From the NCBI GenBank assembly GCA_016788485.1, contig JAEUSV010000158.1, positions 972 through 64,971 on the forward strand: 64,000 nucleotides of DNA, written 5' to 3'. Below, piece after piece: positions 8,635 through 17,490 of the stretch (the first letter of the stretch is position 1; each line of letters starts with the position of its first letter). This DNA comes from Flavobacteriales bacterium (GTDB lineage Bacteria > Bacteroidota > Bacteroidia > Flavobacteriales_F > PHOS-HE28). The notes under the pieces are model-generated. The model saw only the letters and a list, made by a program, of their open reading frames with translations, did not search any database and had not been told where the DNA came from. A program made the translations under genes and the position numbers.

Positions 8635-9920
8635 CCAACCACCTTCACCAGGAAGTAGCTCTTCTTGCCACGCTGCAGAAGCAGGAAGCGGTCGCGCAGG
8701 AGATCGGCGGTGTTCACCACCCGGTCCTCGGCAGCCTTGGTGCGGTTCACGCTAACGGAGCCTTCCTTCAGCGCACGCCGCGCCTCGCCCTTGCTGGGCA
8801 GGAACCCGGTGGCATCGCTCAGGAGGTCGGCGATGGGAATGCCCGCAGCGATGCGGTCGCGCGGCACTTCGGCCTTCGGCACACCTTCGAACACATCGAG
8901 CAGTTGTTGCTCGCTGAGCTGCGCCAGCCCGTCCACATCGTTGCTGAACAGGATGCCACTGGCGCGCACGGCGTCCTGCATCTCCCCCTCCCCGTGCACC
9001 AACCGGGTGATGTACGCGGCCACCTCCTTCTGCAGGGTGCGGCGGCCGGGGTCCTTGGCGTGCTCGGCGATCAGCGCTTCGCACTGCTCCTGCGGCCATA
9101 GCGTGAAGATGCGCGCGAGCTTGGCGGCATCGGCATCGGCGGCGTTGAGCCAGAACTGGTAGAACCTGTAAGGGCTGGTGCGCTTCGCATCGAGCCAGAT
9201 GTTGCCGCCCTCGCTCTTGCCGAACTTGCTTCCGTCGCTCTTGGTGAGCAGCGGCGTGGTGACGGCGAAGGCCTCCCCTCCGGCCATGCGGCGGATGAGC
9301 TCGGTGCCCGTGGTGATGTTGCCCCACTGGTCGCTGCCGCCCATCTGCAACCGGCAGTCCAGCTCCTTGTACAGGTGGAAGTAGTCGAAGCCCTGCACCA
9401 GCTGGTAGCTGAACTCGGTGAAGCTGATCCCGGTCTCCATCCGGTTCTTCACGCTGTCCTTGGCCATCATGTAGTTCACGGTGATGTGCTTGCCCACCTC
9501 GCGGATGAAGCGGAGGAAGCCCATGTCCTTGAACCAGTCGTAGTTGTTGACCAGCTGCGCGGGGTTGCTGATGGCCGGGGAGAAGTCCAGGAAGCGCTCG
9601 AGCTGGGCGTGCACGCAGGCCTGGTTGTGGCGCAGCGCGTCCTCGTCGAGCAGGTTGCGCTCGCTGCTCTTGCCGCTGGGATCGCCCACCATGCCGGTGG
9701 CGCCTCCCACCAAGGCGATGGGGTGGTGACCGCTCTGCTGGAAGTGCACCAGCATCATGATCTGCACCATGTTGCCCACGTGCAGGCTGTCGGCCGTGGG
9801 GTCGAAGCCGATGTAGCCCTTCGCGGGCCCTTGCAGCAGGTACTCCTCGGTGCCGGGCATGCTGTCGTGCAGCAATCCGCGCCAGCGCAGCTCCTCGATG
9901 TGGTTGCGAACGGTGCTCAT
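8631..9920 (-). CDS. tyrS: Tyrosine--tRNA ligase
   Basis: HIGH-type motif (SLHVGNMV), KMSKS-type motif (KFGKSEG), C-terminal S4-like domain. Typical length of 429 aa. Confidence 0.95.
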   Translation of the reverse strand: MSTVRNHIEELRWRGLLHDSMPGTEEYLLQGPAKGYIGFDPTADSLHVGNMVQIMMLVHFQQSGHHPIALVGGATGMVGDPSGKSSERNLLDEDALRHNQACVHAQLERFLDFSPAISNPAQLVNNYDWFKDMGFLRFIREVGKHITVNYMMAKDSVKNRMETGISFTEFSYQLVQGFDYFHLYKELDCRLQMGGSDQWGNITTGTELIRRMAGGEAFAVTTPLLTKSDGSKFGKSEGGNIWLDAKRTSPYRFYQFWLNAADADAAKLARIFTLWPQEQCEALIAEHAKDPGRRTLQKEVAAYITRLVHGEGEMQDAVRASGILFSNDVDGLAQLSEQQLLDVFEGVPKAEVPRDRIAAGIPIADLLSDATGFLPSKGEARRALKEGSVSVNRTKAAEDRVVNTADLLRDRFLLLQRGKKSYFLVKVVG

Positions 9921-9994
9921 GGATCTGGGCCGCGAAGGTACCCTTCGGAAGCCTCAGGGTGACAGGGCTGCAGCAGGGGCGGCCGCGCTTGGCC

Positions 9995-10022
9995 CCTTGT
10001 CACTTGCTACTTGTCACTTGGT
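9995..10022. repeat. Two tandem 14-nt units, CCTTGTCACTTGCT and ACTTGTCACTTGGT
   Basis: Direct reading of the tyrS / epimerase divergent gap. Same family as 60557-60612 and 6996-7090. Followed immediately by CTACCTTGCCCCC (10023-10035) and ATG 10039. Confidence 0.75.
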
Positions 10023-10038
10023 CTACCTTGCCCCCGCA

Positions 10039-11034
10039 ATGGACCTGGTGACGGGGGGAACGGGCATCGTGGGGTCGCACCTGCTGCTGCACCTGCTGGA
10101 GCAGGGGCGCGCGGTGCGGGCCACCCGGCGCGCCGGGAGCGACGTGGAGGTGGTGCGACGCGTGTTCCGCCACTACCGGCCCGACGGCGATGCGCTTTTC
10201 GACCGAATTCACTGGGTGGAGGCCGACCTGCTCGATCCCACCGCCGTGCGCGAGGCCATGGAAGGTGTGCAGCGGGTCTACCACGCCGCGGCGCTGGTGA
10301 GCTTCGACCCGCGCGACGAAAGGGCCCTGTTCAAGCAGAACACCGAGGCCACGGCCCGCGTGGTGAACGCCGCCCTGGAGGCCGGTGTGCAGCGCCTGCT
10401 GCACGTGAGCTCCACCGCCACCATCGGCAAGGCCGCGCAAGGCCTGGCGGCCGACGAGCAGAGCCCCTGGACACGCGACAAGCGCACCAGCCCCTATGCC
10501 GTGAGCAAGCACGAGGCCGAGCTCGAGGTGCAGCGCGGCATCGCCGAAGGCCTCGACGCCGTGATCGTGAACCCCTGCGTGATCATCGGTCCGGGGAAGC
10601 CGGGCCGCAGCAGCATGACCATGGTGGAACGTGTGCGTCGCGGCACCGCGTGGTTCCCGCCGGGCAGCAATGCCGTGGTCGACGCGCGCGATGTGGCGGC
10701 CTTCAGCGTGGCCCTGATGGACAAGGGCGCCACCGGCGAACGGCACCTGCTCGTGGGCGAGAACCTCACCTACGAGCAGCTGTTCGGCCTCATCACCGCG
10801 GCAGCGGGCAAGCCCGCCCCCACACGCCGCATCCCCGGCTGGATGTTGCAACTGGCCTGGCGGATGGAACGGCTGCGCACCCTCTTCGGCGGCCGGCCCT
10901 TCATCACCCGCCACACCGCCCACAGCGCGCTTTCGCAGCGCCGTTACGACGGAACCAAGGCCGCAACGGTCACGGGACTTGCCTGCCGCTCGGCGGAGGA
11001 GGCGGTGCGCAACGCGGTGCGTTACCTGGGCTGA
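10039..11034 (+). CDS. NAD-dependent epimerase/dehydratase family protein
   Basis: N-terminal Rossmann motif VTGGTGIVGSHL and SDR-type YAVSK catalytic motif. ATG 10039 chosen over the over-extended ORF start 9850. Confidence 0.8.
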   Translation: MDLVTGGTGIVGSHLLLHLLEQGRAVRATRRAGSDVEVVRRVFRHYRPDGDALFDRIHWVEADLLDPTAVREAMEGVQRVYHAAALVSFDPRDERALFKQNTEATARVVNAALEAGVQRLLHVSSTATIGKAAQGLAADEQSPWTRDKRTSPYAVSKHEAELEVQRGIAEGLDAVIVNPCVIIGPGKPGRSSMTMVERVRRGTAWFPPGSNAVVDARDVAAFSVALMDKGATGERHLLVGENLTYEQLFGLITAAAGKPAPTRRIPGWMLQLAWRMERLRTLFGGRPFITRHTAHSALSQRRYDGTKAATVTGLACRSAEEAVRNAVRYLG

Positions 11035-11402
11035 GCCGTAGTGTCCGCCGCGGGCCGGTCGGCACCCGGGAACGGCACGCCGCGCGCGGCCATGCTGTCG
11101 AGCTCAGCGAGGACCTCCTCGTAGATCGGTCGCATGAGCAGCGGGTGCGCACTGTACCAGCGGAAGGTGCTGTCGAAGCGGTCGCGCGTCACCCCTTCGC
11201 GCTCGAAGAGCTCCTGGTAGAGCGCCGGTCCACGGTCGTCGGCCATATGCTCGATGACGCGCTCGTGGTTGATGCGAGCCTCGATGAGCTCCGCCCCCAA
11301 CAGCAGGCGCTTGAAGGTGTCGCGTTCGATGAGCCCGGGGGGCGGCGCCTCTTCACCGGCACAACCCGCCACGAGCAGCACCAACGCGAGCAGGCGCCTC
11401 AT
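11022..11402 (-). CDS. Small lipoprotein (DUF4296-like)
   Basis: MRRLLALVLLVAGC lipobox. Its start overlaps the dihydroorotase stop (ATGA at 11399-11402). Only the 3' third of ORF 11022..11762 is used. Confidence 0.55.
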   Translation of the reverse strand: MRRLLALVLLVAGCAGEEAPPPGLIERDTFKRLLLGAELIEARINHERVIEHMADDRGPALYQELFEREGVTRDRFDSTFRWYSAHPLLMRPIYEEVLAELDSMAARGVPFPGADRPAADTTAQPR

Positions 11403-12736
11403 CGGTCGAAGCGCAGGCGTTCGCCGCGCACGGTGCGGTCGAGGTGACCATCGGCGTACACGTGACGGCCGTTCACGAAAGTGTGCTTCACACGGGACCT
11501 GAAGGTGGTGCCCTCGAAGGGGCTCCACCCGCACTTGTACAGCAGGTTCGAACGGTCCACCGTCCAGGGGGCGTTGAGGTCGACGAGCACGAGGTCCGCG
11601 TGGTAGCCCTCGCGGATGTAGCCCCGTTCCTTCACCTGGAAAAGCCGCGCCGGCGCATGGGCCAGCTTCTCCACCGCCAGCTCGAGCGTGAACACGCCCT
11701 GGTGCACCAGCTCCAGCGCGGCCACGAGCGCATGCTGCACGAGCGGTCCGCCGCTGGGGCACTTGGCGTAGGGCTGGGCCTTCTCCTCCAGGGTGTGCGG
11801 CGCGTGGTCGGTGGCGAGCACGTCGATACGGCCCTCCACCACGGCGCTCCGGATGGCATCACGATCGGCCCGCGTCTTCACGGCGGGGTTCCACTTCACC
11901 AGTGCGCCCTTGTCCGCATAGGCCTGCTCATCGAACCACAGGTGGTGGGTGCAGGCCTCGGCGGTGATGCGCTTGCCTTCGATCGGCCCCGGCGAGAACA
12001 GCTCCAGCTCGCGCGCGGTGCTGATGTGCAGCACATGCAGGCGTGTGCCGTGCGCGCGGGCGAGCGCCACGGCGTTGCTGCTGCTGCGGTAGCACGCCTC
12101 GTGGTCGCGGATCACCGGATGCTGTTCGACCGGGATGTTGTCCCCGAAGCGCTCCAGCGCACGTTGCATGTTGGCGCGCACGGTGGGCTCATGTTCGGCA
12201 TGGATGGCCAGGATCATGTGCGCCTTGCGGAACAGGCCCTCCAGGGTCTCGGGGGCGTCCACCAGCATGTTGCCCGTGCTGCTGCCCAGGAAGGCCTTCA
12301 GCCCGCAAACGGTGCGCGGGTCGGTGCGCAGCACCTCGTCGAGGTTGTCATTGGCCACGCCCATGTAGAACGAGTAGTTCGCCAGGGAGGTGGCATGGCC
12401 CAGGGCGTACTTCCGCTCCAGCAGCTCCTGCGTGAGCGTCTGGGGCACCGTGTTGGGCATCTCCATGAAACTGGTGATGCCCCCGGCGACGGCGGCGGCA
12501 CTGGCACTGCCGATGTCGTCCTTGTGCGTGAGGCCCGGTTCACGGAAATGCACCTGGTCGTCGATGGCGCCGGGGAGCAGGTGAAGGCCCGAGGCGTCGA
12601 GCTCGTGCACGCCGGCCGCCTGCCCGATGCCTTCCGGGGCCACCCGCTCGATGCGGCCGCCGCGCACCAGCACATCGGCGTGGCGCACGGTGCCCTCGTT
12701 CACCACGGTGGCGTTGCGGATGAGCAGATCGTTCAT
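11399..12736 (-). CDS. pyrC: Dihydroorotase (cyclic amidohydrolase superfamily)
   Basis: Starts MNDLLIRNATVVNEG. Metal-binding motifs DDQVHFREPG, the histidines in the AIHAEHE segment, and DHAPH. ATGA overlaps at both ends. Confidence 0.8.
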   Translation of the reverse strand: MNDLLIRNATVVNEGTVRHADVLVRGGRIERVAPEGIGQAAGVHELDASGLHLLPGAIDDQVHFREPGLTHKDDIGSASAAAVAGGITSFMEMPNTVPQTLTQELLERKYALGHATSLANYSFYMGVANDNLDEVLRTDPRTVCGLKAFLGSSTGNMLVDAPETLEGLFRKAHMILAIHAEHEPTVRANMQRALERFGDNIPVEQHPVIRDHEACYRSSSNAVALARAHGTRLHVLHISTARELELFSPGPIEGKRITAEACTHHLWFDEQAYADKGALVKWNPAVKTRADRDAIRSAVVEGRIDVLATDHAPHTLEEKAQPYAKCPSGGPLVQHALVAALELVHQGVFTLELAVEKLAHAPARLFQVKERGYIREGYHADLVLVDLNAPWTVDRSNLLYKCGWSPFEGTTFRSRVKHTFVNGRHVYADGHLDRTVRGERLRFDR

Positions 12737-13449
12737 CGTTGTTGGATGGTCTTCATGCGCCACACGCCGATGATGGCCTCGCGGAAGATGTTCGCGCTCA
12801 TCTTGCTCTTGCCCTTCTGCCGGTCGATGAAGGTGATGGGCACCTCGGCGATCTTGAAGCCGGCCAGCTTCGCCCGGTACTTCATCTCGATCTGGAAGGC
12901 GTAGCCGATGAACTTGATCTCGTCCAGTGCGAGCCGCTCCAGCACGTGGCGGCGGTAGCAAACGAAACCCGCCGTGGTGTCGCGCACGCCGAGCCAGAGA
13001 ATGCTTCGCACATAGAGCGACGCGCAGTAGCTGAGCAGGATCCGGTCCCACGACCAGTCGCGCACATGCCCACCCTTCACGTACCGGCTGCCCACGCTCA
13101 TGTCCGCCCCCTCATCGGCGCAGGCCTTGTACAGGCGCACGAGGTCGTCGGGGTCGTGGCTGAAGTCGGCGTCCATCTCGAAGACGAAATCGTAGCCCCT
13201 GGCGATCGCCCACTTGAAGCCCGCGATGTAGGCGGTCCCCAGGCCGAGCTTGCCGCTGCGTTGCATCAGGTGCAGGCGGTCGGGCCAGCGCTGCTGCAGG
13301 TCCTTGACGATGGCGGCGGTGCCATCGGGCGAGCCATCGTCGACGACCAGCGCATGGAAAGCGGGCTCCAACCGGAACACATGACCGAGGATGTCGGCGA
13401 TGTTCTCCTTCTCGTTGTACGTGGGGATGATGACGAGCCGTTCGGGCAC
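12733..13449 (-). CDS. GT2 polyprenol-phosphate mannosyltransferase (Dpm1-like)
   Basis: VIIPTYNEKENI, VVDDGSPDGT and EMDADFSHDP motifs. It occupies only the 3' end of the spurious 1576-aa ORF 12733..17463. GTG 13449 proposed as the start because there is no in-frame ATG; the start is uncertain. Confidence 0.8.
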   Translation of the reverse strand: MPERLVIIPTYNEKENIADILGHVFRLEPAFHALVVDDGSPDGTAAIVKDLQQRWPDRLHLMQRSGKLGLGTAYIAGFKWAIARGYDFVFEMDADFSHDPDDLVRLYKACADEGADMSVGSRYVKGGHVRDWSWDRILLSYCASLYVRSILWLGVRDTTAGFVCYRRHVLERLALDEIKFIGYAFQIEMKYRAKLAGFKIAEVPITFIDRQKGKSKMSANIFREAIIGVWRMKTIQQR

Positions 13450-13466
13450 CGGACAGGGATGGCCGG

Positions 13467-13474
13467 CAAAGATA
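13467..13474 (-). promoter_or_regulatory. -7 box TATCTTTG for the GT2 / pyrC / lipoprotein operon
   Basis: Plus strand reads CAAAGATA, 17 nt upstream of GTG 13449. Confidence 0.4.
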
Positions 13475-13554
13475 GCCGAAGCCCCTGCGGCAGGCCTCCC
13501 GGGATGGTGGCCCCATTTAACATCCACGTAAGGCCGCGGAACGGTCCGGCGCCC

Positions 13555-13562
13555 TACTTTTG
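13555..13562 (+). promoter_or_regulatory. -7 box TACTTTTG for the TonB-receptor operon
   Basis: Matches TAnnTTTG, 76 nt upstream of ATG 13639. Confidence 0.4.
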
Positions 13563-13638
13563 GCCACTTTTCCGGTGCCGCCGCCCAGGGGTGGTCCGGG
13601 AGCCGATCAGAAAGCCCAGCGACCCCTCCTTCGCGACC

Positions 13639-16176
13639 ATGCGTTCTACCTTTTCCCGTTCCATCCTGGCCGTCGGCCTGCTGCTCTGCGGCGGCGCGGC
13701 GGTCGCACAGGTGGACAGCTCCATCGTGGTGGCGCCCGACACCGGTTCCATGAACCAGGCGCGCACCCCGGTGTTCACCATCACCTCCGACGACCTGGAC
13801 TCCGAGGTCGGGCAGCAGGACGTGTCCGGCATCCTGCAGAGCTCGCGCGACGTGTTCACGAGCACGGCGGGCTTCAACTTCGGCCTGGCGCGCTTCCGCA
13901 TCCGCGGCCTCGACCCGGAGAACACGCTGGTGTCCATCAACGGGGTGCTGGTGAACGACCTGGAGAGCGGCTGGGCCACCTGGAGCAACTGGGCGGGCCT
14001 GAACGACGTGACGCGCTGGATGACGGTGCGGTCGGGCATCAATCCCTCGCGCTACAACTTCGGCGGCATCGCCGGGTACAACGAGATCAGCCTGCGCGCC
14101 AGCGAGCTGCGGAAGGGCGTGCGCGTGAGCTACGCCAGCAGCGACCGGGTGTACCGCAACCGCGTGATGGCCACCTACAACACCGGCCTCATGAGCAACG
14201 GCTGGGCCTTCAGCGCCAGCGCCTCGACGCGTTGGGCCGAGGAAGGTTATGTGGCCGGCACCTACTTCCGGGCGGCCGCCTACTTCCTGGGCGCGGAGAA
14301 GAAGATCAACGACAAGCACAGCCTGGGCTTCTCGGCCTTCGGCGCGCCGATCGAGCAGGGCCGCCAGATCCTGGGGTACGAGGAGCTCTACGGGCTCACG
14401 GGCGACAACTTCTACAACCCGGCGTGGGGCTACCAGGCCGGTGTGAAGCGCAACTCGCGCGTGAGCATCGACCACAAGCCCACCTTCCTGCTCACGCACT
14501 ACTGGACCCCCGACGAGCGCACGCAGGTCAACACGAGCGCCATCTACAGCTTCGGGCGCGACTCGCAGACCAACCTCAACTGGTACGACGCCGAGAACCC
14601 CAAGCCCGATTACTACCGCTACCTGCCCAGCTATTGGGCCCAGCTCGACCCGAACTACGCCTCGCAGCTCGCCGCGGCCTGGCAGACCGACCCCAACACC
14701 CAGCAGATCAACTGGGACCAGCTCTACTTCGCCAACGGCAAGAACCTCTTCACACTGCAGAACGCCGAGGGTATCCAGGGCAACGACCTCACCGGCATGC
14801 GCAGCAAGTACATCGTGGAGGAGATGCACACCGACCCCACGCGCCTGGGCATCAACAGCGTGTGGAGCCGCGACCTCGACGATACGCGCCACCTCACGGT
14901 GGGCGGCAGCTACAATAAGCAGGTCACCCACAACTTCAAGGTGCTCAACGACCTGCTCGGGGGCGAGTACTGGGTGGACATCGACCAGTTCGCCGACCGC
15001 GACTTCAACGACACCACCCTCTCGCAGAACGACCTGAACAACCCGAACAACGCGGTGTACCAGGGCGACCGGTTCGGCTACGATTACGACATCCACGTGC
15101 GCCACCTGAACGTCTTCGGCCAGTACGAGCTGAAGGGGGCGAAGGTGGAGGGCTACGTGGGCGCCTCGATCAGCAGCACCGGCTTCTTCCGCGATGGCAA
15201 GTACGTGAACGGCCGCTTCCCGGAGGAGTCCTTCGGCAAGAGCGACGAGCTCACCTTCTTCAACATGGGCGTGAAGGCCGGCATGGTGTACAAGCTCAGC
15301 GGCCGCCATTACCTCACCGCCAACGCCGCCGCCCTCACGCGTCCGCCCACCGCTCGCACCGCCTACATCAGCCCCCGCACGCGCGACGCCGTAGTGGAAG
15401 GGATCCAGGACGAGAAGGTGTTCAGCGGCGACCTGAGCTACGTGGTGCGCATGGCCCGCCTGAAGGGCCGCGCCACCGTGTACTACGCCCAGGTCAACGA
15501 CCAGCTGTGGTCGCGCAACTATTACCACGACGACTTCAACACCATCGTGAACTACACGATGAACAACGTGGACCAGCAGCACTTCGGCACCGAGATCGGC
15601 GTGGAGGGCAACCTCAGCAGCACCTGGGTGGCCACGGCGGTGTACGCGGGCGGCAACTACTTCTACGACTCGCGCCCCACGGCCACCATCACGCGCGACA
15701 ACAGCTCCGAGATCTTCGACCAGCGCACGGTGTACTGGCAGAACTACCGCGTGGGCGGCGTGCCCCAGACGGCCGCGTCGCTGGGCCTGAAGTACAACAG
15801 CCCGAAGTACTGGTTCGTGGGCGTGAACGCGAACTGGTTCGACGACATCTACCTCGACCCCAACCCGGACCGCCGCACGAGCGAGGCCCTGGAGGGGCTG
15901 GTGACCGAGGACCCGCAGTGGGCCGAGCTGCTCACGCAGACCAAGCTGGACCCGGGCGGCACCATCGACCTCTATGGCGGCAAGAGCTGGATGTTCAAGC
16001 GCAAGTACCGCCTGGCCATCAACGCCACCATCAGCAACCTCCTCAACAACACCGACCTGCAGATCGGCGGCTACGAGCAGCTGCGTTTCGACCCGCGCGA
16101 GGTGGGCAAGTTCCCCAACCGCATCGGGTACATGTTCGGCCGCACGTATTTCGCCATGATCACCTTCAGCTTCTGA
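13639..16176 (+). CDS. TonB-dependent receptor, not paired with a SusD-like gene
   Basis: Signal peptide MRSTFSRSILAVGLLLCGGAAVAQ. Plug-type segment (FRIRGLDPENTLVSINGVLVND). Long beta-rich body ending ...AMITFSF with a terminal aromatic residue. Embedded in the over-extended ORF 12739..16176. Confidence 0.8.
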   Translation: MRSTFSRSILAVGLLLCGGAAVAQVDSSIVVAPDTGSMNQARTPVFTITSDDLDSEVGQQDVSGILQSSRDVFTSTAGFNFGLARFRIRGLDPENTLVSINGVLVNDLESGWATWSNWAGLNDVTRWMTVRSGINPSRYNFGGIAGYNEISLRASELRKGVRVSYASSDRVYRNRVMATYNTGLMSNGWAFSASASTRWAEEGYVAGTYFRAAAYFLGAEKKINDKHSLGFSAFGAPIEQGRQILGYEELYGLTGDNFYNPAWGYQAGVKRNSRVSIDHKPTFLLTHYWTPDERTQVNTSAIYSFGRDSQTNLNWYDAENPKPDYYRYLPSYWAQLDPNYASQLAAAWQTDPNTQQINWDQLYFANGKNLFTLQNAEGIQGNDLTGMRSKYIVEEMHTDPTRLGINSVWSRDLDDTRHLTVGGSYNKQVTHNFKVLNDLLGGEYWVDIDQFADRDFNDTTLSQNDLNNPNNAVYQGDRFGYDYDIHVRHLNVFGQYELKGAKVEGYVGASISSTGFFRDGKYVNGRFPEESFGKSDELTFFNMGVKAGMVYKLSGRHYLTANAAALTRPPTARTAYISPRTRDAVVEGIQDEKVFSGDLSYVVRMARLKGRATVYYAQVNDQLWSRNYYHDDFNTIVNYTMNNVDQQHFGTEIGVEGNLSSTWVATAVYAGGNYFYDSRPTATITRDNSSEIFDQRTVYWQNYRVGGVPQTAASLGLKYNSPKYWFVGVNANWFDDIYLDPNPDRRTSEALEGLVTEDPQWAELLTQTKLDPGGTIDLYGGKSWMFKRKYRLAINATISNLLNNTDLQIGGYEQLRFDPREVGKFPNRIGYMFGRTYFAMITFSF

Positions 16177-16182
16177 CGCACC

Positions 16183-17439
16183 ATGCGACACCTCACCTCC
16201 CTCTCCTTCCCCCTGCTCGGCGCCGCAGCGGCCGCCATGCTCGTGCTCAGCTCCTGCGAGAAGGAGTACGACACGCCCCCGCAGCGCACCATTCCCGAGG
16301 GCACCGTGCTCACCGTGGCCCAGCTGAAGGCGCTGTACACGAATGCACCGGTCCACTTCGACCCGGACAGCGCGCACTCGATCTATGTGACGGTGACCGC
16401 CGATGAGAACGACGGCAACTTCTACAAGAACGTCTACGCCCAGGACAGCACCGGAGGCATCTGCCTGCGCCTCACCAACAGCGGCGGCCTTTACATCGGC
16501 GACCGCATCCGCGTGTACCTGCCCGGCACCGTGCTCAGCCCCTACAACGGCCTGATGCAGCTGGACAGCGTTGACGTGGACAACAACACCGTGAAGCAGG
16601 AGACGCTGGTGCCCGTGACGCCCCTCAACCTCACGATGGACCAGCTCGACCCGGTGGCGCACCAGAGCATGCTCATCCGCCTGGACAGCGTGGAGTTCAT
16701 CGCCAGCGAGGCCGCGGGAAGCACCTGGGCCGATGCGGTGAACCAGCAGACCGTGAACCGCACCCTGGAGGACTGCAACGGCAACCAGGTGCTCGTGCGC
16801 ACCAGCGGGTACGCCAACTACGCCGGCCAGCCGCTGCCGCAGGGCAAGGGTTCCTTCACCGGCATCCTCGGTGTGTTCGGCAGCGACCTGCAGATGTACG
16901 CCCAACGTGTGACCACGGTGGACCTCACCGGTCCTCGCTGCCCCGGCCAGGAACTGCCCTTCTTCCAGAAGGACTTCAACGACGGCAGCCCCACCAGCGG
17001 CGGCTGGACCAACTGGAGCAACAGCACCGTGCTGTGGGGCACCAACGACATCGGCTCCATCGATGGTTCCTTCTACGGCCAGTGCAAGAACTACGTGAAC
17101 AGCGCGAACATCCCCACGGAGACCTGGCTGATCAGCCCGGCCATCGACCTCACCGGGACCACGGCGCCCGTGCTTGATTTCGTGACCGCGTGCAACTACA
17201 ACGGGGCGGTGCTGCAGGTGCTGGTGAGCACCGATTACACCGGCGGCGACCCCGGCGCGGCGTCCTGGACGGCGCTGCCCGCAGCCATGAGCCCCGGCAC
17301 CTGGACCTGGACGCCCAGCGGCAGCCTGGACCTGAGCGCCTACAGCAGCACCAACACCCGCATCGGCTTCAAGTACACCGGCTCCGCCAGCGACGGCAAG
17401 ACCTGGGAGCTCGACAACATCAAGATCACCGTGCAGTAG
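16183..17439 (+). CDS. Surface lipoprotein: DUF5689-like OB-fold module plus choice-of-anchor-J-like domain
   Basis: Lipobox LVLSSC. The N-half (TVAQLKALY...YVTVTADENDGNFYKNVYAQDSTGGICLRL...GLMQLDSV) resembles the OB module found next to extracellular nucleases. The C-half (FFQKDFNDGSPTSGGWTNWS...WELDNIKI) resembles choice-of-anchor J. Confidence 0.6.
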   Translation: MRHLTSLSFPLLGAAAAAMLVLSSCEKEYDTPPQRTIPEGTVLTVAQLKALYTNAPVHFDPDSAHSIYVTVTADENDGNFYKNVYAQDSTGGICLRLTNSGGLYIGDRIRVYLPGTVLSPYNGLMQLDSVDVDNNTVKQETLVPVTPLNLTMDQLDPVAHQSMLIRLDSVEFIASEAAGSTWADAVNQQTVNRTLEDCNGNQVLVRTSGYANYAGQPLPQGKGSFTGILGVFGSDLQMYAQRVTTVDLTGPRCPGQELPFFQKDFNDGSPTSGGWTNWSNSTVLWGTNDIGSIDGSFYGQCKNYVNSANIPTETWLISPAIDLTGTTAPVLDFVTACNYNGAVLQVLVSTDYTGGDPGAASWTALPAAMSPGTWTWTPSGSLDLSAYSSTNTRIGFKYTGSASDGKTWELDNIKITVQ

Positions 17440-17490
17440 AACGGTGATCCCGTACAAGACCATCCGGATACGACCTTCAACCCCACGACC

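Noticed and set aside
9933-9947. CGAAGGTACCCTTCG upstream of tyrS, considered as a TACCTTCG promoter box or a T-box-like leader.
   Set aside because: It has one mismatch to TAnnTTTG at a conserved T and is also a small palindrome. The 13-nt distance to the ATG is compatible with a promoter, but the evidence is too thin. T-box leaders are far longer and are not expected in this phylum.
13563-13638. Possible riboswitch (for example cobalamin or TPP) in the leaders of the two TonB-receptor operons, at 13563-13638 and 34685-34744.
   Set aside because: The leaders are short (about 60-76 nt). I could not recognise any conserved riboswitch core such as a B12 box or a TPP UGAGA/ACCUGA motif.
12733-17463. 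A 1576-aa minus-strand ORF, the second longest in the window.
   Set aside because: Only its last 717 nt (12733-13449) encode a recognisable protein, the GT2 mannosyltransferase. The rest is A/G/V/H/R-rich with no motifs and is antisense to well-supported plus-strand genes (the TonB receptor and the OB-fold lipoprotein). It is a typical high-GC shadow ORF.
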